DNA from: Nostoc sp. DedSLP01 | Lineage (GTDB): Bacteria > Cyanobacteriota > Cyanobacteriia > Cyanobacteriales > Nostocaceae | Direction of reading: 5' to 3' | DNA length: 64,000 nt | NCBI GenBank assembly: GCA_034530875.2 | Contig: JAVRCJ020000009.1 | Location: forward strand, 64,001 to 128,000 | Shown: positions 61,975 through 64,000 of the stretch, in pieces | How positions within the stretch are numbered: position 1 is the stretch's first letter | Layout of the letters: each line of letters starts with the position of its first letter | Position numbers and translations under genes: made by a program | The notes under the pieces: generated by a model | Database searches by the model: none | The model's input: only the letters and a program-made list of their open reading frames with translations | Told to the model about the DNA's origin: nothing

Positions 61975-63042
61975 TCATTTTACAGAATAATTTTTGCGAT
62001 AGTAAGCTTGATATTCCGCAGATAACAGAGGTTCCCACCACTGACGATGAGTGAGATACCATTCAACGGTTAAACGTAAACCTTCGGTAATTGTTACTGA
62101 AGGTGTCCAACCAAGCTGACTTTTAATTTTATTAGCATTAATTGCATATCTTCGATCGTGCCCGGGTCTATCCTTGACAAAAGTAATTAACTGTTTTGCT
62201 GGACGGACTGGTAAATCAGGTGCTAATTCATCCATCATTTGACATAAAATTTCCACGAGGCTGATATTTTCTACTTCATTATTGCCACCAATATTGTATG
62301 TTTCCCCTGGCTTTCCACCATTAATTACTACGTCTAAAGCCCGACAATGGTCGCCGACATAAAGCCAATCCCGTACATTTTTACCATCACCATAAACAGG
62401 TAATGGTTTCCCAATTAAAGTGTTAATACACATTAGGGGAATCAGTTTTTCTGGAAACTGATAGGAACCATAATTATTAGAACAATTGGTAATAATTGTC
62501 GGCAATTTATAAGTATGAAAATAAGCCCGCACTAAGTGGTCGCTACCTGCTTTAGAAGCAGAATAGGGACTATTAGGAGCATAAGGTGTAGTTTCCGAAA
62601 AAGCTGGATCGTCTAGGCCTAAACTACCGTATACTTCATCAGTAGAAACGTGCAAGAAACGATAATCGGATGGCTGTGCTTTCGCCTGCCAATGTTGGCG
62701 AAAAGCTTCAAGGAGAGTGAAAGTTCCGACCACATTAGTTTGTACAAAAGCACCAGGGCCGAGAATCGAGCGATCGACATGAGATTCAGCGGCAAAATGA
62801 GCGATAGTATCGATATTTTCCGTTAAAAATAAATCATCTACAAGGGAGCGATCGCAAATATCCCCTTGCACAAAGCGAAAATTCTCTCTGCCCTCAACTA
62901 GCGCCAAATTCAAACGATTTCCGGCGTAAGTTAGAGCATCCAACACCACCACTCGGTCATCTGGATAAGCCTGACACCAATGATGTACAAAATTCGCTCC
63001 AATAAACCCCGCACCCCCCGTCACCAACAATCGCCGACTCAT
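61975..63042 (-). CDS. rfbB: dTDP-glucose 4,6-dehydratase
   Basis: TGGAGFIG, AAESHVDRS, STDEVYG, YSASK; start MSRRLLV at 63042. Confidence 0.97.
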   Translation of the reverse strand: MSRRLLVTGGAGFIGANFVHHWCQAYPDDRVVVLDALTYAGNRLNLALVEGRENFRFVQGDICDRSLVDDLFLTENIDTIAHFAAESHVDRSILGPGAFVQTNVVGTFTLLEAFRQHWQAKAQPSDYRFLHVSTDEVYGSLGLDDPAFSETTPYAPNSPYSASKAGSDHLVRAYFHTYKLPTIITNCSNNYGSYQFPEKLIPLMCINTLIGKPLPVYGDGKNVRDWLYVGDHCRALDVVINGGKPGETYNIGGNNEVENISLVEILCQMMDELAPDLPVRPAKQLITFVKDRPGHDRRYAINANKIKSQLGWTPSVTITEGLRLTVEWYLTHRQWWEPLLSAEYQAYYRKNYSVK

Positions 63043-63049
63043 CCAATTT

Positions 63050-63147
63050 CCTCTCTTCTCTGTTGCGCTAGCCTGTCTTGAAAAGTTCAGATCGGCGGAA
63101 GCCGCCGCTCCGACTTTTCGCTGCGGCAAGCCGCTGCGCGTCTACGT
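63050..63147. repeat. GC-rich nested short dispersed repeat
   Basis: GAAAAGTTCAGATCGGCGGAAGCCGCCGCTCCGACTTTTC and GCGGCAAGCCGC hairpins between two co-directional genes. Confidence 0.6.
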
Positions 63148-64000
63148 TTATTTCGACTTGAAATATTTTTTTCTCAGCTTACCATATATCCTTTGCCCCA
63201 GTAATTTAGCTCTACGTATTTTTGTCAAGCTTTTAATATTAGATGGTTGTTGTACTTTATGGTCAAAAAATTCATTTAATTCCTCTAAAATTACCTTTAA
63301 TCGCTGAATAATGTTTTCCGTTCGATACTCAGCAAAAAATTCTTCAGACAAACTAAATCTTTCTGAAGAATTTACCACTTTCAAAATACGTTGTACATCA
63401 TATTCTTGTGAATAGCCAGCAATTTTATAGGAATTAAAACCAGGATCTAAGTAATCGGCCAATCCGCCATTGACGCTAGAAAATACTTGACAACCACATG
63501 CAAGGGCTTCCATTGGTTGCAGACCAAATCCTTCACTCACACCCTGTTGTGCCCAGTACTCAGCAGAATCATAAAGGTAAACTTTAGCTCGGTTAAATAG
63601 TCCAGGTAAATCTTCTATATATGAATCAACAACGAATACCCGACAACGTTTTTGTAACGCTGGAATCAATTCTTTAATTAAATACTCAGAAGATTTTCGA
63701 GCCTGAACTAAAACATCAATATTTCGTTCCACACCTAAATTTTGAAACTCATCAGAAATTTGGTTGGGCAAATAATAAATCAAAGAATTGGGCGATTTTT
63801 CTCCCCAATATCCCATTGTATAGCGGCTAACAGTAACAATTGGAATACTTGCAGGTAACTTAAATGGATAACCCGCACTATGTGCATGATAAACAACATT
63901 GTATTGCTTCAGTTTTGGCACAAGTTGCGCTACATCAAATCCCCAATTGATCGCAAAAATCGCATCATTGAGATTTTTTTCTTGAAGCAAATCATCGATA
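63148..64000 (-). CDS. Glycosyltransferase (GT-B/GT4-like), 5' end outside window
   Basis: SEGFGLQPMEALACGC GT4-type motif. Confidence 0.85.
   Translation of the reverse strand, partial: IDDLLQEKNLNDAIFAINWGFDVAQLVPKLKQYNVVYHAHSAGYPFKLPASIPIVTVSRYTMGYWGEKSPNSLIYYLPNQISDEFQNLGVERNIDVLVQARKSSEYLIKELIPALQKRCRVFVVDSYIEDLPGLFNRAKVYLYDSAEYWAQQGVSEGFGLQPMEALACGCQVFSSVNGGLADYLDPGFNSYKIAGYSQEYDVQRILKVVNSSERFSLSEEFFAEYRTENIIQRLKVILEELNEFFDHKVQQPSNIKSLTKIRRAKLLGQRIYGKLRKKYFKSK

Noticed and set aside
1..64000. CRISPR array, tRNA or rRNA genes
   Set aside because: No regularly spaced repeat-spacer array, cloverleaf or rRNA-like sequence seen; the heptamer arrays are STRRs without spacers

Overview
Chromosomal window of a filamentous, probably heterocyst-forming cyanobacterium (Nostocales-like), judged from abundant HIP1 GCGATCGC sites, heptameric STRR repeats, apcD, ccmK3/K4 and a HetZ-related gene. 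The backbone is housekeeping: groES/groEL with CIRCE and K-box, a NarL-type regulator, asnS, pmgA-like, rlmD, apcD, purL-purF, apt, an FHA-PBP, lspA, bioY, pstSCAB with Pho box, a dispersed carboxysome satellite region (ccmK3/K4, mcdAB, ccmS), P450, ABC/ABC-F, hhoA, dacB, LOG and rfbB. Accessory material includes four pseudogenes or remnants and several MITE, REP-like and short dispersed repeats. A 772-aa Gly-rich repeat protein with hypervariable loops has a structured-looking leader and a candidate sRNA beside it. A ~6.5 kb accessory stretch (44-50.4 kb) holds two PIN toxin-antitoxin pairs, an exonuclease and a NACHT-less HEAT protein. One TA cassette is bracketed by HIP1-containing direct repeats and a duplicated ccmS 3' end. 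No CRISPR array, rRNA or tRNA was seen. All calls come from reading the sequence and recalled family motifs; no searches were run.
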